This document shows, one piece after another, positions 36,693 to 47,826 of a stretch of DNA of 64,000 bases. Source of the DNA: an uncultured bacterium (GTDB lineage: Bacteria > Bacillota_I > Bacilli_A > RF39 > UBA660); contig CAJMSU010000003.1 in the NCBI GenBank assembly GCA_905216155.1, positions 6,300-70,299 on the forward strand, written 5' to 3'. Made by a program: the position numbers and the translations under genes. Under the pieces are notes generated by a model that was not told the origin of the DNA, ran no database searches, and saw nothing but the letters and a program-made list of their open reading frames with translations. The stretch's first letter is position 1. Each line of letters opens with the position of its first letter.

Positions 36693-38000
36693 TTATTTAT
36701 TTAATATTTTTTTAAAGGCATTTATTAATCCATCAACATAAGCACAACCCATAAAACATACTACAGAGTCCTTTTCATCTTTTAATTTATCTATTGTATC
36801 TTCACTAATAATTTCTCCATTATCTAACTCATCAGTAATTATACTAGAAGTTATTCCCTTATAGTCCTCTTGACGTTCTCTATTACAATCAATTTCTGTT
36901 AGATAGGTCTTATCTGCTATTTTAAAAGCCTTAATAAACTCATCTTTAAAATCCTTAGTTCTAGAATATGTATTTGGTTTAAAAACAACTACTAATCTCT
37001 TATCAGGATATTTTTGTTTTACTGCGTTTAATGTAACCTCAATTTCTGTAGGATGATGAGCATAATCATCTATAATAATAGTATTACCAATTTTCTCTTC
37101 TGCAAATCTTCTTTTAGCATTATGGAAAGTTTCTAAAAGTTTATGAATTGTATCTTTTTCAAGTCCAAGCTCACTTGCTATTACAATTGCAGCAGCTGCA
37201 TCATATACCATATGTTTTCCATATAATGGAATATCAAAATGTCCATATAAATTACCATCAATATATAAATCAAATAAAGACCCAGTCTCTAATAATTCCA
37301 TATTTTTAATTACAATATCATTATCTTCATTAAATCCATAAAATTTAACAGGTATTTTATAATTTATTTTTCTAACCTCACAGTTATCACCATTTGCAAC
37401 TACCATTTTTTTTGTTTGATTAGCAAAAATTTCAAAAGTATCTCTAATATCATCTATATCTTTATAGCACTCAAGATGCTCTTTTTCAATATTAGTAATA
37501 ACTGAATATACTGGTCTATAATCTGTAAAATGTCTATTAAATTCATCACTTTCTACAACAAAATATTTATTATCTTTAGTAGCCATTCCATCTCCTGCAC
37601 CTATAAAGTAATTGCAACCTTTTGTATTTTCTAGTAAATGTCTAATTAGTGATGAAGTAGTTGTCTTACCGTGGGTTCCACTTACACCAATAGTTTCAAA
37701 TTGATCTATTATATCTCCCATTAATTCTGAATATTTTTTGATTTTTAACCCTAGATTTTTAACTCTCATCATTTCGGGATGATCTTTGCTAAATGCTACA
37801 CTATAAGTAACAATTGTATCTTTATCTATTTCATGATCATGATCATAATATATCTTAATATTTCTCTTTTCTAAGCCATCTTGAGTAAATTTATGAGCTT
37901 TTGCATCATCATACCCAGACACTTCATTTCCCAAATCACTTAGTATTTGAGCAAGTGTTGACATACCCGTTCCCTTAATTCCTATACAATAATATTTCAT
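36693..38000 (-). CDS. murC: UDP-N-acetylmuramate--L-alanine ligase
   Basis: IGIKGTGMS, GVSGTHGKTTTS P-loop, Mur ligase C-terminal DDYAHHP. Confidence 0.9.
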   Translation of the reverse strand: MKYYCIGIKGTGMSTLAQILSDLGNEVSGYDDAKAHKFTQDGLEKRNIKIYYDHDHEIDKDTIVTYSVAFSKDHPEMMRVKNLGLKIKKYSELMGDIIDQFETIGVSGTHGKTTTSSLIRHLLENTKGCNYFIGAGDGMATKDNKYFVVESDEFNRHFTDYRPVYSVITNIEKEHLECYKDIDDIRDTFEIFANQTKKMVVANGDNCEVRKINYKIPVKFYGFNEDNDIVIKNMELLETGSLFDLYIDGNLYGHFDIPLYGKHMVYDAAAAIVIASELGLEKDTIHKLLETFHNAKRRFAEEKIGNTIIIDDYAHHPTEIEVTLNAVKQKYPDKRLVVVFKPNTYSRTKDFKDEFIKAFKIADKTYLTEIDCNRERQEDYKGITSSIITDELDNGEIISEDTIDKLKDEKDSVVCFMGCAYVDGLINAFKKILNK

Positions 38001-38057
38001 AATATCTCCTCTTTTCTATATTTTATTATAAACTAATCTAATTTATAAGTAAATAAG

Positions 38058-38095
38058 AAGAAAAAAAGAATGATTTATTATTTATCATTCTTTTT
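38058..38095 (-). terminator. dnaJ operon terminator
   Basis: AAAGAATGAT/ATCATTCTTT stem. The upstream arm lies in the last dnaJ codons, with T7 after it on the minus strand. Confidence 0.6.
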
Positions 38096-39235
38096 AGTAA
38101 ATTTATTAAATTTTTCTATTTCTGATGTTTCTAAAGAAGTTTTAGATAATTTTTCTATTAAAGATTTTTGTTCACGTGATAACTTTTTAGGAGTATATAC
38201 CTTAAATACTACATACATATCGCCCTTTGTTTTATGATATTTATCATCAATTCCTTTACCTCTAATTCTTTGTTTATCACCACTATTAGTACCAGCAGAA
38301 ATATTTAATTTAACATTTCCATATAAAGTTGGTATCTCTTTTTTACATCCTAAAATAGCTTCAGTTATAGTTAAAGGAATCTCTAAATAAATGTCTGCAT
38401 TATCTCTTATAAAATATTCATGAGTATCTACAATAAATTCTAAATACAAGTCACCATTGGGTCCACCATTCGCACCAGGATTACCTTTTTTAGATACTCT
38501 TAATCTATCTCCAGTATTTATACCAGCTGGAATATTAACTGTAAGAGTTTTATTTCTTTTAATTTTACCCTTGCCCTTACATTTACTGCACTTTCTTTTA
38601 TATGTTTTTCCTATTCCTTTACAGTCAGGACATGTAGTTCTTGACATAAAAGAACCTAAAATTGTATGTTGCTCTGTTGTTATAGTTCCACTTCCATGAC
38701 AAGTACTACATACTTCTTCATCAAAGCCACCTTTTCCATTACATTCTTCACAATCTTCAACTACATCTAGATCAAATTTCTTCTCAGTTCCATATACAGC
38801 TTCTTCAAAATCCAAGCTCATTCTCATTAGAACATCGCTACCTCTAGTTGCCCTTGTTCTGCCTGATGTATTATCACCACCAAAATCAAAACCAGATGAT
38901 GAGAAACCAGTTGACCCACCAAAAATTGAATCAAATATATCACCAAAATCAAAGCCCGCTGATGAAAAATCAGAAAATCCTCCAAATCCAGAACCAGCAG
39001 CAGAACCATTTACACCTGCATGACCATATTGATCATACATTTTTCTTTTTCCTTCATCTGATAAAACTGAATACGCCTCTTGGGCTTCTTTAAATTTTTC
39101 AGCCGCATCTGGATTATCTTTATTTAAATCTGGATGATACTGTTTTGCTTTCTTTCTAAAAGCACTTTTTATTTCTTGTTCTGTTGCATTTTTATCAACA
39201 CCAAGAACCTCATAATAATCCCTTTTATCTGCCAT
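38078..39235 (-). CDS. dnaJ: Molecular chaperone DnaJ
   Basis: J domain with HPD, G/F-rich linker, four CxxCxGxG zinc motifs. Confidence 0.95.
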   Translation of the reverse strand: MADKRDYYEVLGVDKNATEQEIKSAFRKKAKQYHPDLNKDNPDAAEKFKEAQEAYSVLSDEGKRKMYDQYGHAGVNGSAAGSGFGGFSDFSSAGFDFGDIFDSIFGGSTGFSSSGFDFGGDNTSGRTRATRGSDVLMRMSLDFEEAVYGTEKKFDLDVVEDCEECNGKGGFDEEVCSTCHGSGTITTEQHTILGSFMSRTTCPDCKGIGKTYKRKCSKCKGKGKIKRNKTLTVNIPAGINTGDRLRVSKKGNPGANGGPNGDLYLEFIVDTHEYFIRDNADIYLEIPLTITEAILGCKKEIPTLYGNVKLNISAGTNSGDKQRIRGKGIDDKYHKTKGDMYVVFKVYTPKKLSREQKSLIEKLSKTSLETSEIEKFNKFTKKNDK

Positions 39236-39249
39236 AACTTCACCTTCTT

Positions 39250-41052
39250 CTATTTTTTATTATATAAAGTAACAAACTCCTCTTCTAATTGTTCAAACTT
39301 TTTAAGAGCATTATCTATTACTTCACTACTATTCATATCTATCCCTAGTGTTTTTAATTCATCTATTGGAAATTCTCTAGATCCCATAGATAGGAAATTA
39401 ATATATTTATCTCTAAATTCTAAATCGCCACTTAAAATTTTATCTGCAATATATGTTGATGCAGCCATACTAGTAGCATATTTATAAACATAAAAAGCAT
39501 TATAGAAATGTGGAATTCTCATCCATTCATATCTAATATTATCATCAACTACTACATCATCACCAAAATATTCTTTATTTAACTGATAATAGTAATCAGA
39601 TATCATATCATTTGTTAATGGTTCTCCATTTTCTCTTCTATTATACATTTCACGTTCAAATTCAGCAAACATTGTTTGTCTATAGATAGTTGCCTTATAG
39701 TTATCTAGAAGTTCATTTAATAATGACATTTTTTCATTATCATCATCACTAGTTTTTAGCATATAATTTGCAAGTAATAATTCATTAACAGTAGATGCAA
39801 CCTCAGCCACAAAAATAGTATAATCACTATATTGTCTCTTATTATTTTCTTTTGAATATTTTGTATGCATAGAATGTCCAAGTTCATGAGCAATTGTTGA
39901 TACATCTCTCAATTTTTCTTCATAATTTAGTAAAATATATGGATCAGTATCATAAGTACCAGATGAGAAAGCCCCACCTCTTTTTCCTACATTGTTATAT
40001 ACATCTACTAATCTATTATCAAAAATTTCCCTAGCTTTTTTAATGTAATCTTCACCTAATGGTTCCAAAGCTTTTAAAACTATTTCTATAGCATCTTCAT
40101 AAGAATATTTTTTATCTGTATCATTTACTACCTTTACATACAAATCATATAAATGTATTTTATCTAATTTTAAAATTTCTTTTTTATCTTTAAAATATTT
40201 AAATAATTTATCTAAGTTATTATGAACACTTTTAATTAAATTATCATATACTGACAAATCTATATTATCACCATAAAGAGATGATTCTCTTGAACTTTTA
40301 AAATTATAAATTCTATTAAGTGCAATAATTGCATCTATATCACCAGTATATGTAAGTGTTAAAGTATTTTTATAATTTGATAATGTTTCATACATCATAT
40401 TAAAAGCATCTTTTCTTACTCTTTGATTTTTTGATGTTATAAATCTTGAATAATTACTATCAGTAAGTTCTACTTCTTTTCCTTCTTCATCTTTTATTTT
40501 GCCATACTTTATTTCTGCATCTGTTAACATTGAGTAAATATTTCCTGCAGTATACATTGGCTTTAATAACTCTGATACCAATTCTTCTTTTTCTTTTGAT
40601 AAATAGTGATCTCTATATCTATTTTTTCTTTCAAAATACTTTTTATAAGAAGCTAAAAACTCATTTTCATCCAACATATCCTCTATTTTTTTATAATTTG
40701 TTTTAAAGAATGCCTCATCAAAGAATGATTCATAAGAATTTATCTTTATACTTAAATCAGATAGAAGTGAAGACATTTGTTGATATTTTGTGTTAGTAGC
40801 ATCTTCACTTTCTCTTAGACTAGCATAACTTGATAATTTATTTTCAAGTCTATCTAATTCTTCACTTAATTTAAGATAACTTTCTAAATTTTTACTATTA
40901 TCAAATAAATTTTCTTCATATTTTTTTATATCTTTACTTTTATTATCTAATACTTCGTAATCATTATACCAATCTTGATCACTTTTATAAATTCTAGTTA
41001 AATCCCATTTATATTTTTCTGCTATTTCACTTCTAGTTTTTTGTTTTTCCAT
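39250..41052 (-). CDS. pepF: Oligoendopeptidase F (M3B)
   Basis: 600 aa. HELGHSMH zinc motif in an M3B-like context. Confidence 0.9.
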   Translation of the reverse strand: MEKQKTRSEIAEKYKWDLTRIYKSDQDWYNDYEVLDNKSKDIKKYEENLFDNSKNLESYLKLSEELDRLENKLSSYASLRESEDATNTKYQQMSSLLSDLSIKINSYESFFDEAFFKTNYKKIEDMLDENEFLASYKKYFERKNRYRDHYLSKEKEELVSELLKPMYTAGNIYSMLTDAEIKYGKIKDEEGKEVELTDSNYSRFITSKNQRVRKDAFNMMYETLSNYKNTLTLTYTGDIDAIIALNRIYNFKSSRESSLYGDNIDLSVYDNLIKSVHNNLDKLFKYFKDKKEILKLDKIHLYDLYVKVVNDTDKKYSYEDAIEIVLKALEPLGEDYIKKAREIFDNRLVDVYNNVGKRGGAFSSGTYDTDPYILLNYEEKLRDVSTIAHELGHSMHTKYSKENNKRQYSDYTIFVAEVASTVNELLLANYMLKTSDDDNEKMSLLNELLDNYKATIYRQTMFAEFEREMYNRRENGEPLTNDMISDYYYQLNKEYFGDDVVVDDNIRYEWMRIPHFYNAFYVYKYATSMAASTYIADKILSGDLEFRDKYINFLSMGSREFPIDELKTLGIDMNSSEVIDNALKKFEQLEEEFVTLYNKK

Positions 41053-41072
41053 AAGTTCTCCTAACCAAAGAT

Positions 41073-41094
41073 AAGTTCTAGTTACCTAGAACTT
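41073..41094 (-). promoter_or_regulatory. Perfect 9-bp hairpin in the dnaK-pepF spacer
   Basis: AAGTTCTAG-GTAA-CTAGAACTT on the minus strand. The 3' arm sequence AGAACTTAT is repeated at the pepF RBS/start (GGAGAACTTATG). Confidence 0.5.
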
Positions 41095-41100
41095 CTCTTT

Positions 41101-42924
<1,824 letters not shown>

Positions 42925-42935
42925 TTATCTCTCCT

Positions 42936-43550
42936 TTATTTTTGATTTATTTTTACTGAGGCAGGTCTAATAACTCTGCCTTTATATTTATATCCTTTTA
43001 ATAAAACTTCAATTACTGTATCATCTTCCATATTTTCTACACAATCTGTAAGTAAAGCTTGTTCTTGATTTGGATCAAAAATCTCTCCAACACGATTTAT
43101 CTCCTCTACTCCAAACTTTTTAAGAATTTCTGTAAGAGATGCATACATCATTTTAAAGCCATCTAAGAACTTAGATAATTCATCAGTTAGATCATTATCA
43201 TCTAATTTAATAGCTCTTTCAAAATTATCAACTACTGGAAGTAATTCCATTATTAAATCTTGATTTGCAAACTTTAATAATCCTTCTGTTTCTTCATCTT
43301 TTCTTTTTCTATAATTTACAAGTTCCGCTTGAGATAGTTTTATTTTTTCTAATAAAGTTTTATTTTCTTCAGATAATTTTTTTATCTCATCTTGACTCTT
43401 TGTTAATTCTTCTTTTAACTTTTTATCTTTTTTATTTTCCTTTTGTTTATGTTCTTTTTTTTCATCTTTACAATTGCACTCATTACAACTGCATTTTTCT
43501 TTAGCCTTATCTTCATCTAAAGTTTCTATCTTTTCTTTAGTCTTTTCCAT
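42936..43550 (-). CDS. grpE: Nucleotide exchange factor GrpE
   Basis: Coiled-coil followed by a GrpE C-terminal beta domain (GYKYKGRVIRPASV). Sits between hrcA and dnaK. Confidence 0.9.
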   Translation of the reverse strand: MEKTKEKIETLDEDKAKEKCSCNECNCKDEKKEHKQKENKKDKKLKEELTKSQDEIKKLSEENKTLLEKIKLSQAELVNYRKRKDEETEGLLKFANQDLIMELLPVVDNFERAIKLDDNDLTDELSKFLDGFKMMYASLTEILKKFGVEEINRVGEIFDPNQEQALLTDCVENMEDDTVIEVLLKGYKYKGRVIRPASVKINQK

Positions 43551-43555
43551 ACTAC

Positions 43556-44542
43556 CTACCTTTCTATATTTTCTTTCATGTACTCAAGCATTGCAACAAC
43601 TCTATCATATTCCATTCTCTTTGGTCCAATTATTGCAAGCGTGCCTTCATCATTTTCTGTTTTAAACTTTGTCTTTATTACTGTAACATCATCATCTATA
43701 TTATTTTCCGTTCCAATATAAACTTTAATATTATTTTCATCATCTTCTTCAATATTTCGTAAAGTTTCTTTATCCTCTAATTTATTAAAAACTGTTTTAA
43801 TTTTTTCAATATTAGAAAACTCAGGCTGATTTAGAAACTTATTTTTACCAACAACATTAACTTCTTGATTAGTAAAATCATTGAATACATGATAGAAAGC
43901 ATTGTACAACTTTTCATGTTGTTTAACATAATTACCTATGATAGGTTTAATTTCGTACTCTAATTTTGTACTTATTTCATCTATAGGAGTACCTGATATT
44001 AAATTATTTATTAAGTTAACTGTCTTCTTTATATCATCTAGTGATACATCTTGTAGTTTTATATTTTTATGTTCTACATGACCTTTATCAGTAACTATTA
44101 TTACTATCATACTAACATCATCAATCGGAACTACTTCTATTTGTTTTAGAAGATTCTCATGAGAGGTGCTACCAAGCACTACTGTTGTATAATTAGTGAT
44201 ATCTGATATAACCTGCAAACTTTTAGTTATTACATCAGATAAGGCAAGTTGCTGATTATGAAAAACTATTTGTAGTTTTAGCATATCTTCACCATTCATT
44301 TTCTTTAATTCCATAAGATTATCTACATAATATCTATAACCCTTTTCACTTGGAATTCTACCTGATGAAGTATGTGTTTTTTCTAAAAGCCCTGCATTTT
44401 CTAAGAAAGACATTTCATTTCTTATCGTAGCAGATGAACACTTTAATTTTTTTGATACTAAATTAGAACCAACCGGTTTTGCTAACTTAATATAATGTTC
44501 TACTATTAGCTTTAGAATTTTGTTTTGTCTATCAGTCAACAT
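43556..44542 (-). CDS. hrcA: Heat-inducible transcription repressor HrcA
   Basis: MLTDRQNKILKLIVEHYI...PVGS winged-helix N-terminus. First gene of the dnaK operon, behind the CIRCE elements. Confidence 0.9.
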   Translation of the reverse strand: MLTDRQNKILKLIVEHYIKLAKPVGSNLVSKKLKCSSATIRNEMSFLENAGLLEKTHTSSGRIPSEKGYRYYVDNLMELKKMNGEDMLKLQIVFHNQQLALSDVITKSLQVISDITNYTTVVLGSTSHENLLKQIEVVPIDDVSMIVIIVTDKGHVEHKNIKLQDVSLDDIKKTVNLINNLISGTPIDEISTKLEYEIKPIIGNYVKQHEKLYNAFYHVFNDFTNQEVNVVGKNKFLNQPEFSNIEKIKTVFNKLEDKETLRNIEEDDENNIKVYIGTENNIDDDVTVIKTKFKTENDEGTLAIIGPKRMEYDRVVAMLEYMKENIER

Positions 44543-44554
44543 AATATCAACCTC

Positions 44555-44581
44555 CTAGCACTATTATTTTATGAGTGCTAA
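44555..44581 (-). promoter_or_regulatory. CIRCE operator 2 (proximal; overlaps hrcA RBS)
   Basis: The minus strand reads TTAGCACTC-ATAAAATAA-TAGTGCTAG, against consensus TTAGCACTC-N9-GAGTGCTAA. The 3' arm runs into AGGAGG. Confidence 0.85.
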
Positions 44582-44585
44582 TGAT

Positions 44586-44614
44586 ATTGTATGACTTTTT
44601 TTAGCACTTGTCAA
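44586..44614 (-). promoter_or_regulatory. SigmaA promoter of the hrcA operon
   Basis: The minus strand reads TTGACA (44614-44609), exactly 17 nt, then TACAAT (44591-44586). The -35 lies inside the spacer of the distal CIRCE. Confidence 0.75.
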
Positions 44615-44627
44615 TAGTTTGTGCTAA
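44601..44627 (-). promoter_or_regulatory. CIRCE operator 1 (distal; overlaps the -35)
   Basis: The minus strand reads TTAGCACAA-ACTATTGAC-AAGTGCTAA. Confidence 0.8.
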
Positions 44628-44648
44628 GTTTTTAATTTAATACAAAAA

Positions 44649-44664
44649 AGCAGTAAAAACTGCT
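44649..44664 (-). terminator. Terminator of the surface-lectin gene
   Basis: AGCAGT-TTTT-ACTGCT overlaps the TAG stop and is followed by T6 on the minus strand. Confidence 0.6.
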
Positions 44665-46294
44665 ATTGTACTTTTATAAATTTAAATCTAGTATTAGTAG
44701 AACCAGGTACTCTAACATCAATTGATAAAGTATTTGTAATCGCATAAAATGGTCCTGTTTTTGTTGGATCTAATATTTCATAATAACCACTTGATGCTCC
44801 TTGTATAACCCATTTTTGATTATTATTATATGTTGTATTTTTACATATTAAGGAACTACTTCCACTTTTTTCAATACTATTTCCTTTTGCTATATTTGAA
44901 ATTGTAACCTGATTGTTTCCAATATTTTTAACTCTCCATATTTGACTCTTATCAGCATTAAAATTACTTAAAGAGATACTATCACCATTTTTAGTTATAA
45001 CTTTGTTTCTTTGAGTACTAGTCACATCCATAATATAGTAGTCTCCCTCTTCTATGTTTGTTGCAAAAGATGTACCTTCATAATATGGTATAGGTTGAAA
45101 TCTACTATATCTTATTCCAGATACAGTTTCAATTTCACCGGAACTATATATACAAGTAGATGGACCACAATTTGTCTTAGTATAAAATGTTGACCTCAGT
45201 ATTGTCCAATTTGTCTTATCACTACTAACTGACAATTTATGATTATTATAACTTCTATTATCACTATAATAATGCCATACCGCTATTTCATCCAAATTAT
45301 ATACATTTCCTAAATCAATTGTAATGCATTTTTCTCCTACAGTTCCGTCACTATCTTCATAGGTACCATCCTTACTACTATCACTTGCTTTTCCATCTGT
45401 TATTACTTCAGCTCCAGACCCTTTTAACGTAAAAGTCGGTGAAACTTCAACATTTTTATTTAACGCAATATTTTTACCAGCAACAATAGCCTGTAATTCA
45501 ACCCAACGAACTTCATGAGCTTCTGAGACTACGCTATTACCAGTTGCACAATCCTTTATATACCTAACATTATTTAATTTTGTGTTAGTGTCCTTTCCAG
45601 GAGGATTATCTTCATCATTATTAGAAACTTTTTGTATTCTAAATTTACCATTAGAATTAGATACATTTGGAACTGCTAGACCATCATAAAAAACTGGATA
45701 AACATCTGATAATACTGCATTACCATTTTCATCATATTGACCATATTCTATTTCAAAATCTTTTGCTGTATTAATCTCTCCTCCATTATCAACCTCAGTA
45801 CCTGCATAACCATTAATTATATAATGCCCATTACCACCAGGATTTGGACCTCCAGACGCCAACATTATAATAGAGGCTTCATCTTCTGTTAAAGATATAT
45901 ATGAATCTTTATCATCTACATTATTTTGTCCCAAATGTATATATAAATGATCATTATCTTTTAAATATATCATTCCAGAAGTATAATAACCAAGGTTAGA
46001 TAAATTAGCTGATGTAGAATAAGTAAAATTTGAACCCCATAGTTCAATTTTATACCATCCAGCTGAAGGAGTTACATATGTTCTTGGATTACCTATAGAA
46101 CTATCATACATCATAGTAACATTAGTTGCTGCATAATTATTTAATTCTTCCTCTATTTTACTTGTTAAATTTTTTGTATTTTTTCTTGTAGTACCCAGTG
46201 TACTCATTAATGCAAAAATAAGTAAAAATACCATTATTAGAATTCCATATAATAAAGTAGATACCGCAAACCCCTTATTATTCATTCTTCTCAT
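44663..46294 (-). CDS. Surface protein: pilin-like N-terminal anchor + degenerate glycine-rich-type domain + discoidin (F5/8 type C) domain + ricin-B-like lectin domain
   Basis: N-terminus MRRMNNKGFAVSTLLYGILIMVF. Middle block WVELQ...ITDGK...CITIDLGNVYNLDEIAVWHYY...KLSVSSDKTNW is discoidin-like. The C-terminus has two Q-x-W repeats (QIWRV, QKWVI). Confidence 0.6.
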   Translation of the reverse strand: MRRMNNKGFAVSTLLYGILIMVFLLIFALMSTLGTTRKNTKNLTSKIEEELNNYAATNVTMMYDSSIGNPRTYVTPSAGWYKIELWGSNFTYSTSANLSNLGYYTSGMIYLKDNDHLYIHLGQNNVDDKDSYISLTEDEASIIMLASGGPNPGGNGHYIINGYAGTEVDNGGEINTAKDFEIEYGQYDENGNAVLSDVYPVFYDGLAVPNVSNSNGKFRIQKVSNNDEDNPPGKDTNTKLNNVRYIKDCATGNSVVSEAHEVRWVELQAIVAGKNIALNKNVEVSPTFTLKGSGAEVITDGKASDSSKDGTYEDSDGTVGEKCITIDLGNVYNLDEIAVWHYYSDNRSYNNHKLSVSSDKTNWTILRSTFYTKTNCGPSTCIYSSGEIETVSGIRYSRFQPIPYYEGTSFATNIEEGDYYIMDVTSTQRNKVITKNGDSISLSNFNADKSQIWRVKNIGNNQVTISNIAKGNSIEKSGSSSLICKNTTYNNNQKWVIQGASSGYYEILDPTKTGPFYAITNTLSIDVRVPGSTNTRFKFIKVQ

Positions 46295-46328
46295 ACTATC
46301 ACCTATCTTAATGATAATTTTAGCATAT

Positions 46329-46868
46329 TTACTTTAATATTACTACCCATTTATCACCATATTTTTTGCTTTTTAAAACACTATATTTACTACTATAAAC
46401 AATTTTATTAATATCTTCATTTTCAGCAATAATAATTCCATCTTTTTTTAATAAACTATATTCATCTATTAACTTTATACTCTCTTCTATAAAATTTGTT
46501 TTATAAGGTGGATCTAAAAAGATTATATCAAATGTTATATTATTTTCCTTATAATAACTAAGTGCATTTTTATAGTCTAAATTAATAACATTTATATCTT
46601 TAATACCTATTGTATCTACATTCTCATAAACTGTTTTTACAGCCTTCCTATTTTTATCTACAGTGTATGCATACTTTGCCCCTTGACTAAGAGACTCAAT
46701 AGCAAGATTTCCTGTACCCGTAAAAAGATCAAGAACAATTGCATCCTTGATTTTTTCTTGTATCATAGCAAATAAACTTTCTTTTACCCTATCCATAGTA
46801 GGTCTTGTTCCCTCTAAATCAAATCCCTTAATATTTCTTCCTTTATATATTCCACTTATTACTTTCAT
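46329..46868 (-). CDS. rsmD: 16S rRNA (guanine966-N2)-methyltransferase RsmD
   Basis: TRPTMDRVKESLF, LDLFTGTGNLAIE, DPPY. Confidence 0.85.
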   Translation of the reverse strand: MKVISGIYKGRNIKGFDLEGTRPTMDRVKESLFAMIQEKIKDAIVLDLFTGTGNLAIESLSQGAKYAYTVDKNRKAVKTVYENVDTIGIKDINVINLDYKNALSYYKENNITFDIIFLDPPYKTNFIEESIKLIDEYSLLKKDGIIIAENEDINKIVYSSKYSVLKSKKYGDKWVVILK

Positions 46869-47146
46869 ATACAGCCTTTCTTATTAGTTATTGTCTTTAG
46901 TTTTCTATTTATTTCAAAAATTAATATATTAATATCAGTTTCTCTTTCTTTATACTTTTGATATAAAGGATTTTGATATATTTTATATTTTAGCTCATCG
47001 CTTGGATATTTTTTATACTCTTCTATTAATGAAATCAAAACCTCATCTTTCTTTATTTCTTCATTTAATTTTTTTATCTCTTTAACAGATTCTATTTTAT
47101 CAAGAGCATTTTCTAAATTGTTTATTTTTTCTAATAATTCTTCCAT
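46865..47146 (-). CDS. YlbF/YmcA-like protein (short)
   Basis: 93-aa helical protein with a NPLYQKY...E...IL core and a C-terminal Cys. Occupies the ylbF position upstream of rsmD (ylbH). Confidence 0.45.
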   Translation of the reverse strand: MEELLEKINNLENALDKIESVKEIKKLNEEIKKDEVLISLIEEYKKYPSDELKYKIYQNPLYQKYKERETDINILIFEINRKLKTITNKKGCI

Positions 47147-47167
47147 ATATTTATTTTATCATAAAAT

Positions 47168-47389
47168 TTATTTTAATACATCCATAAATGTAGAAATCAT
47201 TTCAACACTACGAGATAATTTTTCTATTCTATCTTGAGCAGTTAACTTATATCTTTTTCTCATTTCTTCTTCAACCATCTTTATAGACTCTTCTCCTCTA
47301 TTAAGCACTTTATACCAAGAAGAATCATCTCTTAGAAATCTATAAAGATTAGGATTAGATTTAATATAGTTTATAGTATATAAATTCAT
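47168..47389 (-). CDS. YlbE-like protein
   Basis: 73 aa. The YIKSNPNLYRFLRDDSSWYKVLNR pattern and position match the Bacillus ylbD-ylbE-ylbF order. Confidence 0.45.
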   Translation of the reverse strand: MNLYTINYIKSNPNLYRFLRDDSSWYKVLNRGEESIKMVEEEMRKRYKLTAQDRIEKLSRSVEMISTFMDVLK

Positions 47390-47391
47390 TA

Positions 47392-47769
47392 TTAATCCTC
47401 AAAATACTTATACATCGGTCTTGGTCTGTATACTTGTTCAGGAACATTCTTACTACCACCAACACCAATATCTTGTAGTAATCCTATTGTTTTTTGAATA
47501 TTTGTTATTCCTTTTTGAACTGAATCTAAATCTACATTTTTTATTGTATTAAATAAATCTTTAAAATTCATATCTTGTTGTTTTACATCTGGTAATGCAG
47601 TTGTCTCATGTCTTACATCACTAGAAAAATATTCTTCCCATACATTAGAATTTTCACCATATATTTCATAGAGTTCGTAAAGTTTTTGCCAATCAGTTTT
47701 TCCCTTTATAATATAATCTGCAAGTTCACTATGACGTCTTGCAAATGATTTAAATGATTCCTTTGACAC
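47392..47769 (-). CDS. YlbD-like (putative spore coat) protein
   Basis: N-terminal FKSFARRHSELADYIIKGKTDWQKLYELYEIYGE resembles YlbD. Synteny supports the call. Confidence 0.4.
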   Translation of the reverse strand: MSKESFKSFARRHSELADYIIKGKTDWQKLYELYEIYGENSNVWEEYFSSDVRHETTALPDVKQQDMNFKDLFNTIKNVDLDSVQKGITNIQKTIGLLQDIGVGGSKNVPEQVYRPRPMYKYFED

Positions 47770-47799
47770 ATTATCACCACTATATAATATGTATAAAGT

Positions 47800-47825
47800 A
47801 AAAGAAAAAGAAGTATTTCTACTTC
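47800..47825 (-). terminator. parC terminator
   Basis: GAAGTA-GAAA-TACTTC followed by TTTTTCTTTT on the minus strand. Confidence 0.65.
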
Positions 47826-47826
47826 A

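Noticed and set aside
38457-39487. Several 60-117-aa ORFs antisense to or overlapping dnaJ/pepF (38457-38699, 38827-39009, 38848-39093, 39134-39487)
   Set aside because: They lie wholly inside or opposite strongly supported chaperone and peptidase genes. They have low-complexity Leu/Phe/Gln-rich translations and lack an RBS, so they are shadow ORFs.
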